The position numbers were made by a program, and so were the translations under genes. A DNA stretch of 64,000 nucleotides, taken from Mantamonas sphyraenae STR306. Taxonomy: Eukaryota; Protista; CRuMs. The stretch lies in contig JAPMXV010000012.1 in assembly GCA_026936335.1 (NCBI GenBank), positions 62,001 to 126,000 on the forward strand, written 5' to 3'. Under the pieces are notes generated by a model. The model was not told the origin of the DNA. It made no database searches and saw only the letters and a list, made by a program, of their open reading frames with translations. Below, piece after piece: positions 39,961 to 51,344 of the stretch. Each line of letters begins with the position of its first letter. Within the stretch, counting starts at the first letter, position 1.

Positions 39961-42958
39961 TCATGGGTGGTGGGTGGTTGGCGAGGCAGCAGCAAAGGCT
40001 CGGCTGACAGTGGCCCACGTGTTCCACCACACCGACATAGCCACACCACTCTCGCTCTGCAAACTGTACAGATCCTTGCCCCTGTGGGCATAATAGGTGC
40101 GCCAAAAGCGAAGCATGGTGCACCAGCGTGCGACGTCCTCCTCGCCCAGCTCTGCACGCACACGTTCACACAGACGCAACTGCCTGCTCTTGCTCTTGGC
40201 CATGATGAAGAACATGAGCGCCGAATTGATGCAACACAGGTTCTCGCGCGTCACACTGTCGATGTCGGTGGCACGCATGAGGGCGCAGATCAGCGGCAGC
40301 CGCTGGTCACTCAGCCAGCGTGCCATGCGCGACTTGGGATAGGGAAAGGGCACCATGTGGGCATGCGTGGATGTGGCCACACTGCGCAGGCGCTCAGGTG
40401 CATCTGCGTGTGTTTCGTCCTCGTACTGGAAGTATTCCAGTGACATAAAGGCGGAACGCACAAACACGTTGCTGTCGATGAGCTCGTCCATGATCACGCG
40501 TGTAAACTCATCAAACAACGCGTCGCCCTCGTCGCCCTGTGGAAACACCGCTTCCAGCATGAGAAAGGTTTCGCGGCACTTTTTGATGAGTTCGCTGAGG
40601 AGGTCAAAGCCCGTGGTGAGGTCGCCGGCAAAGTGGGGCAACCGTCCCAACACCTGCTGCACGCAGTGGTGCAACATGCCCGCCGATGACACCATGTACC
40701 GGTCGATGGGTGTCGAGCCACGCACATACCCATCCACGGTGTACATCAGCCAGAAGCGGTACGATGTGTGTGTGCTCGGCTCCATCACCCTGCCAATCAA
40801 CTTGGACAACAGACCCTGGTCGCCCTGTGCTCGCCACTGTGCACGTTCCTCCGCACTCATGTGCATCAGCGCGTGTTGCGGTGCAAAGTCGGGCTTGTAC
40901 ACGGGGTCGAAATGGACCAGGGCACGCGCACCACCACCCTCCACACGCACTTGCACTTGCGTGTCTGTGGCCGCCTGCACAAACGCTGCCTCTTCGCCTG
41001 CGGTGAGCAGCATGCGTTTCAGCTGCATGCTGTTTGTGCGTTCGCAGAAGTGGTTGACCATGCGCAGGAACTGGATGGTCCACGCCGTTTCCTGCGAGCA
41101 TTGGCAATTGGGCCCGTGGGGCCCGTGTTCGCCTTCGCCAAAGTCGTGGCTGTTGTGAAAGTCGAGAAAGTCGATGAGGTTGCTGGCCACCGCCACAAAG
41201 CCACACCGGGTGAGTGTGTGCAGCACACGCCATCGCGATGGTGCCACAAGCACACTTGCCACCATGAAAAACATCTCCACCATCTGCATGCTCGTCGACA
41301 CGTCTGTGTACAATTGTTGCACAGTGGCGTCTGTGTACGTGTTGTCCATGCTATGTTTCATGGTGTACAGCGACGCCAACGCTGCCCGCCCGTGCTTCTG
41401 CTCCGCCGCAGCACGCACCTCGGCCATCACCTCGCCCGTAATCGGCCCCACACGTGCATACACATCCTTGGATTGGTCCTGATCCCCTGCTTGCCCACCA
41501 CTGTCCACGTCCTGAGCGTGGTAGCGCTCCAACGCCTGGGCAAACACGCTGAGCTCCGGCATGAGATTGCCTGTGTCTGTGTACAGGGCCGTCTTGGCCA
41601 GGCCATTGATGCGATTATCACGTTGGTAGGCCAGTGGGTGTTGGTCCGGATACAGGTACTCGGAGGGCATGGATCGAAAGTTGGGCAGTCGCAGCAGGTC
41701 GCCAATGGTGATCAACTCTCGCGGACGGAAACGCAGCAGTTTGACCAGATTGGGCAGCAGGTGGGCATTGGACAGCATCAACTGCAGGTTGTACTTGATC
41801 ACTTGTGGCTTGTAGCGAGGGTCGGCAAAGAAGATGCTGCTGCGTGCCAACGATTCGGACAGCCACCCGTTGCCCTTGGCCTGGTGGGCTACCCGTGTTG
41901 CGGTGCGCACCTGTTCACGCTCGTGGTCCACCAACACGTCCTGTTGATGGCTGACGATGCTCACCACACGCACGAGACTCAGCAGGGTGTCGGAGCGGTG
42001 GGTGTCCATGAGCGTGCTGAACCCCTCCAGCTCCGTCAGATTCATGGGTGCATCCTGGTTGGCCAACAGCTCCTCCAACAGCTGTGCTGCAATCGGTGCA
42101 TTGTCTGGTGCCGCATAGGCGGTGTAGTGGAACAGCAGGTGGACCAGATCCTTGTTGCACGCAAGCACAAACGCTTGGTTCTGGTCGTGTACGGCAATGG
42201 GCAACAACACAGCAACCATCTCCTGGCAGATGGATTCCACATGGATCATGGCATCGTGCAGCGCATCGCGAGCCTGGAAGGATTCCAAACGCACGCGCAG
42301 GGCCGCTGTGGAAGCGACCTGGTCCTGCGAGGCATGTTCCCGCTGCGTTTGTGTGCCATTGCGCACTACAAATGTGGTCAGTAGCCACGCGGAAGCGTCA
42401 TCCAACGCCCATTGGTGGTGAAAGAGAGTCCAAATCTGCGTTGGGGTCAGCGGTTCGTCGCCGAGGAGAGCCAGGAGATTGGTCTGCGCGGCTTGCGAGT
42501 CCGGTTCCCGACTTAGCAGGCGGAAAAGGGAGAGACAGGGCATGAGGAGGCGGGTGTAGATGTGTGGGATGTCACAGAGGACAAAGGTGTCAATCATGTC
42601 CAGAGTGACACTGGGGTCTTGGTCTCGGGTGGCGTTGATCTCGTTGGCGGCGCGCTTGGCCGCCTGGAACACAGGAGTGGCGCTGGAAGCCTCCAGGCGC
42701 AACGTGCGCATCTCTTTCATGGTGGAGTGCAACGTATCACATCTGTACTCGTTCACCAGATCCAGGCGGTCGGGCTCAGGAAGCTGTGTGGTGTGAGGAG
42801 CGGGGCGGGGGGAGGGTGGGAGGCGCGTCGGGGAGAAGCAGCACGACGTAGCATGGAAACGGGACGGTAGAGAGAAGAAAGGGGTGCTCACATACCTGGA
42901 AGATGGATCCCAACGAAGGAGCACCATCAATTTCTCGGGAACGGAGCAGGTGGAACAT
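39961..42958 (-). CDS. TRPC4AP: TRPC4-associated protein (TRPC4AP/TRUSS)-like; exons 42958-42896 and 42783-39961
   Basis: HGPNCQCS, IQFLRMVNHFC, GLLSKLI, YRFW, FDLLSELIK, LIDSNVFVRS, ENLCCINSAL. Confidence 0.78.
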
Positions 42959-43013
42959 GATGGGAGAGATTGAGCTGTGGCGTCTGGGCTCTGCTTGAGG
43001 CAGTGGAAACGGA

Positions 43014-45062
43014 ATGAGGCTGGTGCTGTGTTGTGTGGTGCTGGCACTTGTGTGTGCGGTAGTTCTGGCTAGCAATGAGTCCAATGCAAACTATAACGAT
43101 GGCCAACAGCCGTTGGATGCACAGGAGTCGCGTGGAGGCAGCCGGAATGTGCTGGCCACCCCTCGACGTCAGCAGAAGCGCAGAGGCCGCAAGGCATCGA
43201 ATGTGGTCAACGACTTGGCGTCATTGAGCGAAAAACTGGAAAAGCAGAGCAAGGAGCGAAGGGGTCGTAGCAGGAGGCAAGAGGAGTCCGGGGACGAGTG
43301 GGAGACGGGTTTGAAGAAACGATCGGATCGCTCGAATCTTCGGCGCTCGCGGCGTGCTGAGGAAGCAAGGGCAAAGGCGGCTGAGGAGGACCTGTGGGCA
43401 ACAGAGGTGGAAGAAGGAGACGGAGGGCAGGACGAGGGCAAGGTGGATGAGGTGCAGGAGAAACTGCTGGAGAGTCTGGCAAAGGTGGGAGCACGGTTTG
43501 ACGCAAGTGCACGTGCTCGGGAAGAACAGAGAAAGGCAAAGGAGGAGCAGAAGTTGCAAGAGAGGGAAGAGAGGAGGAAGAAGAGTGTTGAGAAGCAGAA
43601 GGAGAAGGAGGGTGGTGTGAGAGAGAGTGAGGAGGAAGCGGTGCAGGCGACAGTGGCTCATGCACCAGAGTATGGAGATGATGACAGGGATGGGGGAAAG
43701 CAGGTGGTGGAAGGTGGTGTGTCTGTTCCGGTGAACGTGAATGTGGAGGACGAGGAAGAGGTGGGGCATGATCCCAAGGATGAAGGGCGACCGGAAGAGA
43801 TGGCACACAAGGAGATGACAGTGGGGAAGGAGGCACACAAGCTGGAGGAAGATGGGAAGAGTGGTACATTTGTGAGTGGTGTGCCAGCGCCGACACCTGT
43901 GGCTGTGGAAGACGAGGAAGAGGTGGGGCATGATCCCAAGGATGAAGGGCGACCGGAAGAGATGGTACACAAGGAGATGACAGTGGGGAAGGAGGCACAC
44001 AAGCTGGAGGAAGATGGGAAGAGTGATCCATTTGTGAGTGGTGTGCCAGCACCGACACCTGTGGCTGTGGAGGACGAGGAAGAGGTGGGGCATGATCCCA
44101 AGGATGAAGGGCGACCGGAAGAGATGGCACACAAGGAGATGACAGTGGGGAAGGAGGCACACAAGCTGGAGGAAGATGGGAAGAGTGGTACATTTGTGAG
44201 TGGTGTGCCAGCACCGACGCCTGTGGCTGTGGAGGACGAGGAAGAGGTGGGGCATGATCCCAAGGATGAAGGGCGACCGGAAGAGATGGCACACAAGGAG
44301 ATGACGGTGGGGAAGGAGGCACACAAGCTGGAGGAAGATGGGAAGAGTGGTACATTTGTGAGTGGTGTGCCAGCACCGACACCTGTGGCTGTGGAGGACG
44401 AGGAAGAGGTGGGGCATGATCCCAAGGATGAAGGGCGACCGGAAGAGATGGTACACAAGGAGATGACAGTGGGGAAGGAGGCACACAAGCTGGAGGAAGA
44501 TGGGAAGAGTGATCCATTTGTGAGTGGTGTGCCAGCACCGTCCACTACACCAGCGCCAACAGCTGAACCTACTCCAACACCAACAGCTGAATCTACTCCA
44601 ACACCAACAGCTGAACCCACCCCAACACCAACAGCTGAACCTACTCCAACACCAACAGCTGAACCCACCCCAACACCAACAGCTGAACCTACTCCAACAC
44701 CAGCTGAACCTACTCCAACACCAACAGCTGAACCTGCTCGTGCTCCCGAGGCAACACCTGCAACCGCGGCTGACAATGAGCCATCCGAGCAGGACACAGT
44801 GGACGTTGGACATGAGCATGACAACAACCATGGGGCTCATGTGCCAGGATTGCCCCCGAAGCCGGACATGCCGCACATCGGTTCGCGAAAGGTCAGCCTG
44901 GGTTCCTTTGAGGTGACGTACAGCACGCTCATCATTGCACTCATCCTTATGTGTTGCCTTCTGTACATGCGCTGTTTGCAGACAACCCCTTCCAGGCGTC
45001 GTCCCAAGCCAAATCTGGTTAACGAATTGCCAATCAGCCGCTACGACGTGAAGAACGATTGA
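43014..45062 (+). CDS. Type I membrane protein with tandem repeats and mucin-like PT stalk
   Basis: Signal peptide, charged coiled coil, five 54-aa repeats, TAEPTPTP repeats, TM YSTLIIALILMCCLLYM, short basic tail. Confidence 0.8.
   Translation: MRLVLCCVVLALVCAVVLASNESNANYNDGQQPLDAQESRGGSRNVLATPRRQQKRRGRKASNVVNDLASLSEKLEKQSKERRGRSRRQEESGDEWETGLKKRSDRSNLRRSRRAEEARAKAAEEDLWATEVEEGDGGQDEGKVDEVQEKLLESLAKVGARFDASARAREEQRKAKEEQKLQEREERRKKSVEKQKEKEGGVRESEEEAVQATVAHAPEYGDDDRDGGKQVVEGGVSVPVNVNVEDEEEVGHDPKDEGRPEEMAHKEMTVGKEAHKLEEDGKSGTFVSGVPAPTPVAVEDEEEVGHDPKDEGRPEEMVHKEMTVGKEAHKLEEDGKSDPFVSGVPAPTPVAVEDEEEVGHDPKDEGRPEEMAHKEMTVGKEAHKLEEDGKSGTFVSGVPAPTPVAVEDEEEVGHDPKDEGRPEEMAHKEMTVGKEAHKLEEDGKSGTFVSGVPAPTPVAVEDEEEVGHDPKDEGRPEEMVHKEMTVGKEAHKLEEDGKSDPFVSGVPAPSTTPAPTAEPTPTPTAESTPTPTAEPTPTPTAEPTPTPTAEPTPTPTAEPTPTPAEPTPTPTAEPARAPEATPATAADNEPSEQDTVDVGHEHDNNHGAHVPGLPPKPDMPHIGSRKVSLGSFEVTYSTLIIALILMCCLLYMRCLQTTPSRRRPKPNLVNELPISRYDVKND
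43743..44540 (+). repeat. Coding tandem repeat, 162-bp unit, about 5 copies
   Basis: Unit VEDEEEVGHDPKDEGRPEEM(A/V)HKEMTVGKEAHKLEEDGKS(GT/DP)FVSGVPAPTPVA starts at 43743, 43905 and onward; copies are nearly identical. Confidence 0.95.
44556..44736 (+). repeat. Coding minisatellite, 24-bp unit (TAEPTPTP), about 7 copies
   Basis: Repeated ccaacagctgaacc(t/c)ac(t/c)ccaaca. Confidence 0.9.
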
Positions 45063-45072
45063 AAACCCGGGT

Positions 45073-46088
45073 TCATCCTTCGTAGTCACTCCCGTCATCA
45101 TCATCATCATCATCATCCTCCTCCTCCTCCTCCTCCTCGTACTCGTCTTCCTCATGCAATGGCAAGCCCGAGGCCCACTTTGCGTACATTTTGACGGTCG
45201 CGTTGCTCACCAGCTTCGGAGTAAATTGAGAATGGCAAAACACGCGGAAAGAGTCGTCGGCAAAGGCACCACAGCCATTGAATTCGACCACAGACTCCCA
45301 ATCGTCGAGAAACGCTCTGGAGGTGAGCTGAACAAAGCGGATGCGCTCGTTCTGCATGCCCAGAGGGTGGATCAACGCACACATGTCGGAAGGGGATCCC
45401 TCGCATGCAGCAGTGGGGTTGGGTATTGTTGGAGGAACGTGTGGATGCACTGACGCACGACCTCGCCGCCCGACGTTCGGCTCATCAACAGGCAGCTGAC
45501 GAGAAGCATCCACGGATCCTCGCCCATCCATTCTTGCTTCAGACACAAGGGAGAGCCTGGTGCCCGTTTGCTGGAACATCGGTGAAGGAGATAGGTCCGC
45601 CAGTTGTCCTCGGAGCGTGTGTTGATCAGGTCGCCGAAGCGCTGCAAAGCCATCCGTTTCCACAGACCCTGGTCTCCGAAAATCTCCATCATGAGTTTGT
45701 TGGTGCGCATGGCATTGTGTACGTTGATTGGATGAAGGTAGCTTGCAATTTGGTCCACCAGCTCCAGCGGCAGCATGTCAAAAAGTTCGCTGCCATCCTC
45801 GTTGCCTGCAGGAGCGTCGGTTGCCCCCGCTGGCCTCTCTGGGTTGTTGAACTCATGCATGTACGGCCTCCTGTATTCTTTCAGATCATGGAGGGCGGTT
45901 TTGGTGCGTTCAATGGCTTTTGTGGCCACGCTGGAGACGGCATCCTGTGTGCGTTTCACCCGCTGACGTTTCGGGGCTTGCTTGGGCGGAAGAGTGTCTG
46001 CTTTGCCCTCCTCTGTTTCGTTGGGATCCTCTCCTCGTTCAATGGCCTCCAGTTTCCGTTTTTGGCTGCGTGTGATGCGACGTGACAT
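45073..46088 (-). CDS. F-box plus MBD4-like HhH-GPD DNA glycosylase fusion, with an apparent 1-nt deletion at ~45415-45418
   Basis: F-box LFDMLPLELVDQIASYL...LW; MBD4-like DPWMLLVSCLLMSRTSG...FLQQYPTP, then in the adjacent frame LIHPLGMQNER...GCGAFADDSFRVFC; acidic tail. Confidence 0.78.
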
Positions 46089-46147
46089 GGCAGAGGACGG
46101 GTGTGCGGGTGCCTGCCCAAGTCAGCGCACGGCACTTTCGGCAAAAT

Positions 46148-46562
46148 ATGCAGCACGGAGGTGGCAACGGCAACGGGAACTATGGCGGGAACGGCGGGAA
46201 TGGAGGGAATGGAAACGTGTACATGCAACAGTATGGCATGCAGGGCCAACAGGGCCAGCAGGGGGGAGGTTGGAACCAGAACACGAACATGATGAACACA
46301 CAGCAGCAGTGGGGCAACCAACAACAGCAGCAACCGCAACAACAACAGCAACAGTGGACAAACCAGCAACAGCAACTGGCAGCGTACCAGCAGTGGCAAC
46401 AACAACAGCAGTGGGCGCAGCAGCAGTACTGGGCGCAGCAGCAACGATGGCAGCAGCAACAGCAGTGGCAACAACAGCAGCAAGGACAGCAGGGACAGCA
46501 AGGACAGCAGGGACAACAGGGCAACTGGGAAGGACAAGGAGGGAATGGACACTGGCAGGGTG

Positions 46563-46611
<49 letters not shown>

Positions 46612-49600
46612 GCAGCAAGAGGAGAACTCAGAGCGGACAAACTCGTCGTGGGTGTCTGGGGCGTCTGGATCAAACCCTGTGGACGCATGGTTCGGCAAGG
46701 GTAAAGGAGATGCCTTTGATCTGGAGTTGGATGGGCCCAAGAAGCAGGAGAAGAGCCAGGAGAGCCAGGAGCAGGGCCAGCAGGGTAAGAGAGGGGAATT
46801 CGCCGTGTCTCTGCGCCCAAAGGGAACACTAACACTCGTACACACCCACAGGGTACCAAGGGAGCCAGGGAGAACAGATGAATAACATGGCAGGGGGGCA
46901 ACAGGGAGGAAACTGGTGGGGAATGGGCGCACAGCAGGGCGGAAACAACGGAGGGGTGATGATGCAAGGCCAATACGGGCACGGACAGCCGCAGCAGCAA
47001 CCACAGCAGCAGATGCAGATGCAGCAGATGGGCAACTATGCAAATCAACACGGGGGCTATGGATACGGAGGCTACCAGGGTGCCCAGATGCAGGGGATGC
47101 ACATGCAGGGGATGTCGCAGGCGGATCAGACTCCCGCGGACGACTTTGCGGGCTTTTCCGACTTTCACGAGGCCACAGAGGAGGACGCAGGCGACGAATT
47201 CGACTTTGGGGGCTTTGGAGACGAGGAGGAAGTGGATACACAGGGCACAGGGATGAGCATGGTGGGGATGGGTGGAAACATGGCCAAGTCGGACGCGCAG
47301 GAGGAGGATGTGTTTGCGGCGTTCGGCAAGGTTGAACACAGGCAACAGCAACAGGGAGCAGGCATGGGAGAGACACGTGTGGCACAGCCGTCGATGCAGA
47401 TGAAGCAATCGAGTCTGGTGCTGTCGGGTTCGTTTGACATGTACTCCACTGTTGACTCATCGGAGGAGGAGGAGAGTGGAGCAACCACGTCGGAAGAGCG
47501 CGTGTTTGCTCCACGAGCAGCAGCCGTACAACACACACAGGCAGGTACACAGGGTACGCGTGGTGGCATGCAAAGCAACCAATCAAGAGGAACAGTGGAA
47601 GAGTGGCACAAGCAGGAGGAGAAGGAGGACGAGGAGAGAGGAGGAAATCTCGTTTGGACCTTCGGCCAAGGTGTTGGCAGAGATGCAAGCAAGGCGCAGC
47701 TCGAGTGTGAAGAAGAAGAGGGAGGAGGAAGACGATTGGGACCATGAGGCGTATGCGTCGCCGATGAGCATGGGTGCTCTGCGTGGATCGATGTCGCAAG
47801 GGTCGCGCAGTTCGTTTGGCAGCGGGTTTGGAGAGGAGGTGTCGACAGCGGCAGCGAGTGCAAAAGCACGTGGAACAACACAGGGGAAGGAGAGGGTGGA
47901 AGAAGAACCACAAGCGGTGGTGGTGGAGGAGAAGAAGACGGCGAAACCGGAGCTGGAGTTTGATCCACTGGCAGCAATGATGAACAACTCGCTGGGAGGC
48001 TTCACTCTGGGAGGGGAGGAAAACAACAATGCAAAGAGCAAGGGCAGGTCGAGCACAGGAGGCACACAACAAGGACAACAAGGACAGCAGGGACAGACGG
48101 GTGTACAGCAGCAGACAAAGAAGACGTCATCGTCGGGGATGGTGGACTGGAGCAGCGCAGGGGCTATGTTTTCGCAGGAGAGTGTGGAAAGTGCACACAG
48201 TGGAGAGGACAAAGGGGATGCAGAGGACATGTGGGGTGGGTTTGACGACGGCGCAGCGGTGACGGCAGGAGGAGGCGCCACCGCGAATGATGAGTGGGAT
48301 GCGTTTGCGGATGGAATGGACGAGACAACGGGGCCACAGCCAGGAGGACAGGAGAAGGATGTGTGGGATGCATTCGCAGAGGAAGAGGACGGAAAGAGTG
48401 CGCAAGGTCAAGCAGGAGGCGCTGCAAGCGAATGGGATGCGTTTGGAGATGAGGAGAAGCCGAAGGAAGGTCAACAGAGTGGCACCATTGACGCTTGGGA
48501 TGCGTTTGGTGCCGAAGAAAAGCAGCAACAGAAGCAAGAGAGTGACACGGTGGACGCCTGGGATGCATTTGCAGACGAAGAGCAGCCGGAGGAATCACAA
48601 ACCGGTGGCACAGGTGAGGCTTGGGATGCGTTTGGCAACGAGGAAGTGGGCACTGGGGATGGTGCCGGTGCCACAAGCGGAGCGGACGAATGGGATGCGT
48701 TCGGAGACGACAAGGACGACGGCGTGGCCCAGGGAGGCAAAGAGGCTGAAGAACCTGCGTGGGATGCTTTCGCAGAGGACACCGCATCAGCAGGATCACC
48801 GGCAAGTGCAAGCACGACATCGACAGCGCCTGTGAAGAAGCAATTCTCTCTCATGGACCTGGACAGTCTGTACGCCGAGTCGGCCAAGGAGGGAGGCATT
48901 GGTGGGACAAGCAGCGCATCGGATGCATTGACTGGAGCGTTTGGGTTGGGCACCTCGTTGGATTTGGGTCTCGACGTGGAGGACGTGGGGGGAGACAGCA
49001 CCAAGGAGACCGCACACGCTCACACGGCCGGCGTGGGCGAGGACGACTTTGTGGGATTTGACGACGAACCGACGGCGCACGCCGATGAGTTTACCGGGTT
49101 TGGAAGCGACAGTGAGAACGGCGACGATGAAGCAGCGTTTGCAGCGTTTGGCAACGACGACGACGATGAAGCCAAGGGCAAGGCACAAGGTGACAACGGT
49201 GATGGCGAGACGAAGGAGGATGCGTTTGCCGCGTTTGGTGACCCCACAGACACCGTGGAGGACGAGACGGATGCATTTGCAGCGTTCAACGACGGCGACG
49301 ACGATGACAAGGAAGAGGGAGAGGACACAGACGCATTCGCAGCATTCGCAGATCCGACAGACAAGGTAGAGGACGACACGGACGACTTTGCAGCGTTTGG
49401 CGATCCCTCAGACACCGGTGTGGAGGATGACATCGATGCGTTTGCAGCGTTCAACGATGGCGACGATGATGGCACAGGAGAGGACACCAACGCATTTGCA
49501 GGATTTGGAGAAGAAGGGGAGGAGGACGCATTCGCAGGGTTTGGTGAGGACGACGACGAGCACAATGACAGCAGCGGGGTGGACTTTGACGTGTCGCCAT

Positions 49601-50385
49601 CCAAGGACGACAGTTGGATGTCTGCGGCGGCAGAGGCACACAAACAGGGAGACGAAAAGACCTCGTCTGCAGGGGGTGAGGAAGCGGAGGAGGAGTTTGG
49701 ACCTGGCCTGGAGATGGAGGCGATGGAAGCGAGGATGGGTGCGGAGAACACGCGTGCCTTCCATGCACACTTTACGCAGCTGCATGGGGATCCCGAGGAG
49801 CAATGTGCGACGATGAGGAAGCTGCTGCCTGTGCTGCGCAGTGTGTCGTGGGACGAGTGCGTGTGGAGTGTGGAGCAGAGCGCAGCCGTGTTGGCCTTTG
49901 TGCACTCCCAGCTCACACGTGCCGTCGAGGTGGCCACCACCCTGCAAGGAGACCAAGCCGCCTTTGCCTCCAGTCAATTTGGTGCCTACATGGAAGGTGT
50001 ACAGGAGGTGCATCGTGTGGCGTGGCGCATGGAGCCGCTGCTGCGACGGGCCAACGGCGTGCTGTCCCACGACGCTGCAGCCTCCCTCTTGCAATCCCTC
50101 GACGAGGTGCACTCCGCCTGGAAGCAACTGGTGAGTGTGTTGAAAGGCACGGCGTGTCAGGTGCAGCAACGCAGCAGCCCCGATTACGAATCCATGCTGG
50201 AGAACGACGAGCACGACGACGACGCAATGCCACGATGCACCCTGTGTCTGCTTCGATTCAAGGCAAAACCACGCGGGGCAATCAACTATTCATTGCGTGA
50301 GGATCCAGACACGTGTCGTGTGTCGTTGGAGGGCAAAGCACACCATGCCTCGTGCGCCAACCTGCGTTTGCGCGTTCAAAAGTGA
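46148..50385 (+). CDS. Gamma-synergin/aftiphilin-like clathrin adaptor accessory protein; intron 46785-46851; apparent frameshift at ~47635
   Basis: Q-rich N-terminus; many DDFAGF/DFGGF/WDAF/DAFAAF motifs; C-terminal CTLCLL...HHASCAN resembling the synergin gamma C-terminal domain. Confidence 0.7.
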
Positions 50386-51284
50386 CCCGTGACCACAATG
50401 AAGCGCTTCAACTTGCCTGAACAGGCACCACACTCTGTGGGCACCTCGTTGACGGCGTAAGAGGATTCGCAATAATCACAGGTGATGGAGGGCCAGCTGA
50501 GGTTGTTGCCGTCGCCTTCCACGGGCTCCTCCAGTGGCTTGAGGACAAAGCAGTGCCTGGACTCGCCCGCACGCACTTGTTCAATGTCAAAGTAGCGCAC
50601 GTGGCCGTCGAGAGCTCGCTGTGGATCCTCCTCCTCTCCTTGGTCGTCGCTTTGGGTCGTGCCGGATTCCTTCGATTCCTTCGTTTCACTCGCAAACATG
50701 GAGGCGCCGAATCCTCGGTCGGCGGCCGCGGTGGTGTCACGTCGCACACGCCCTGTGTTGAGCAGGTGGACCATGTCACATGCATTGGTGGGCACAATGA
50801 GCACACGTCCCGTGCCCTTGCGCACCACGCGGTGCAGTTCGCCAAAGTAGGCGCCGATGCGCTCGTGTGCCTTTCCGTTGACAAAGCAGTCCAGACATCC
50901 CTTGTCCAACACATAATCCTGCGATCCACTCTCGATGCCTTCCATATTTGTTGCGTCCATCACTTTGTACGCCACGTTCAACCCCTGCTCCTTGGCGTCG
51001 GCGGCCAGGAACGAGATGGCATGTTGCGAAAAGTCGATCCCTGTGCAACCTTGCATGCCATGCTCCTCGCACAACTGCTTCAGGATAGGAGCCACTCCAC
51101 ATCCCACGTCCAACACACGGCTTTCGGTGTTCCCATTGGCCATGCGCACCACGTTGTTGACCAGGAGATCCCCGGCCGAGTACCAATCGTAGTAGTCTTC
51201 CACACCACCCTCGCCATCGTCATCATGGAAGTGTTCCCAGTATTCCGGTTCATTGAATGTGTACTTGTCCTCAAAGTCAGACAT
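50376..51284 (-). CDS. Class I SAM methyltransferase (METTL13/EEF1AKMT4-like) with C-terminal CxxC-CxxC
   Basis: EYW...YDWY, VLDVGCG, IDFS, VMDATNM, VLDKGCLD; CDYC...CGAC near the C-terminus. Confidence 0.85.
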   Translation of the reverse strand: MSDFEDKYTFNEPEYWEHFHDDDGEGGVEDYYDWYSAGDLLVNNVVRMANGNTESRVLDVGCGVAPILKQLCEEHGMQGCTGIDFSQHAISFLAADAKEQGLNVAYKVMDATNMEGIESGSQDYVLDKGCLDCFVNGKAHERIGAYFGELHRVVRKGTGRVLIVPTNACDMVHLLNTGRVRRDTTAAADRGFGASMFASETKESKESGTTQSDDQGEEEDPQRALDGHVRYFDIEQVRAGESRHCFVLKPLEEPVEGDGNNLSWPSITCDYCESSYAVNEVPTECGACSGKLKRFIVVTGHF

Positions 51285-51344
51285 GGGAAGTTGCAGTGGC
51301 TCCTCCTCCGTTGCCAAACCAAACCAATTTTTACATAGATACGC

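Noticed and set aside
43743-44540. Regular repeats considered as a CRISPR-like array
   Set aside because: There are no unique spacers. The 162-bp unit is in frame within a protein, the context is eukaryotic and no cas genes are present.
46180-48081. Cys-rich minus-strand ORF resembling a metallothionein or keratin-associated protein
   Set aside because: It is the reverse complement of the CAG/CAA polyglutamine tract of the plus-strand gene.
51300-51325. RFX X-box upstream of the putative axonemal gene
   Set aside because: Only a GTTGCC half-site is present; the second half does not match the consensus.
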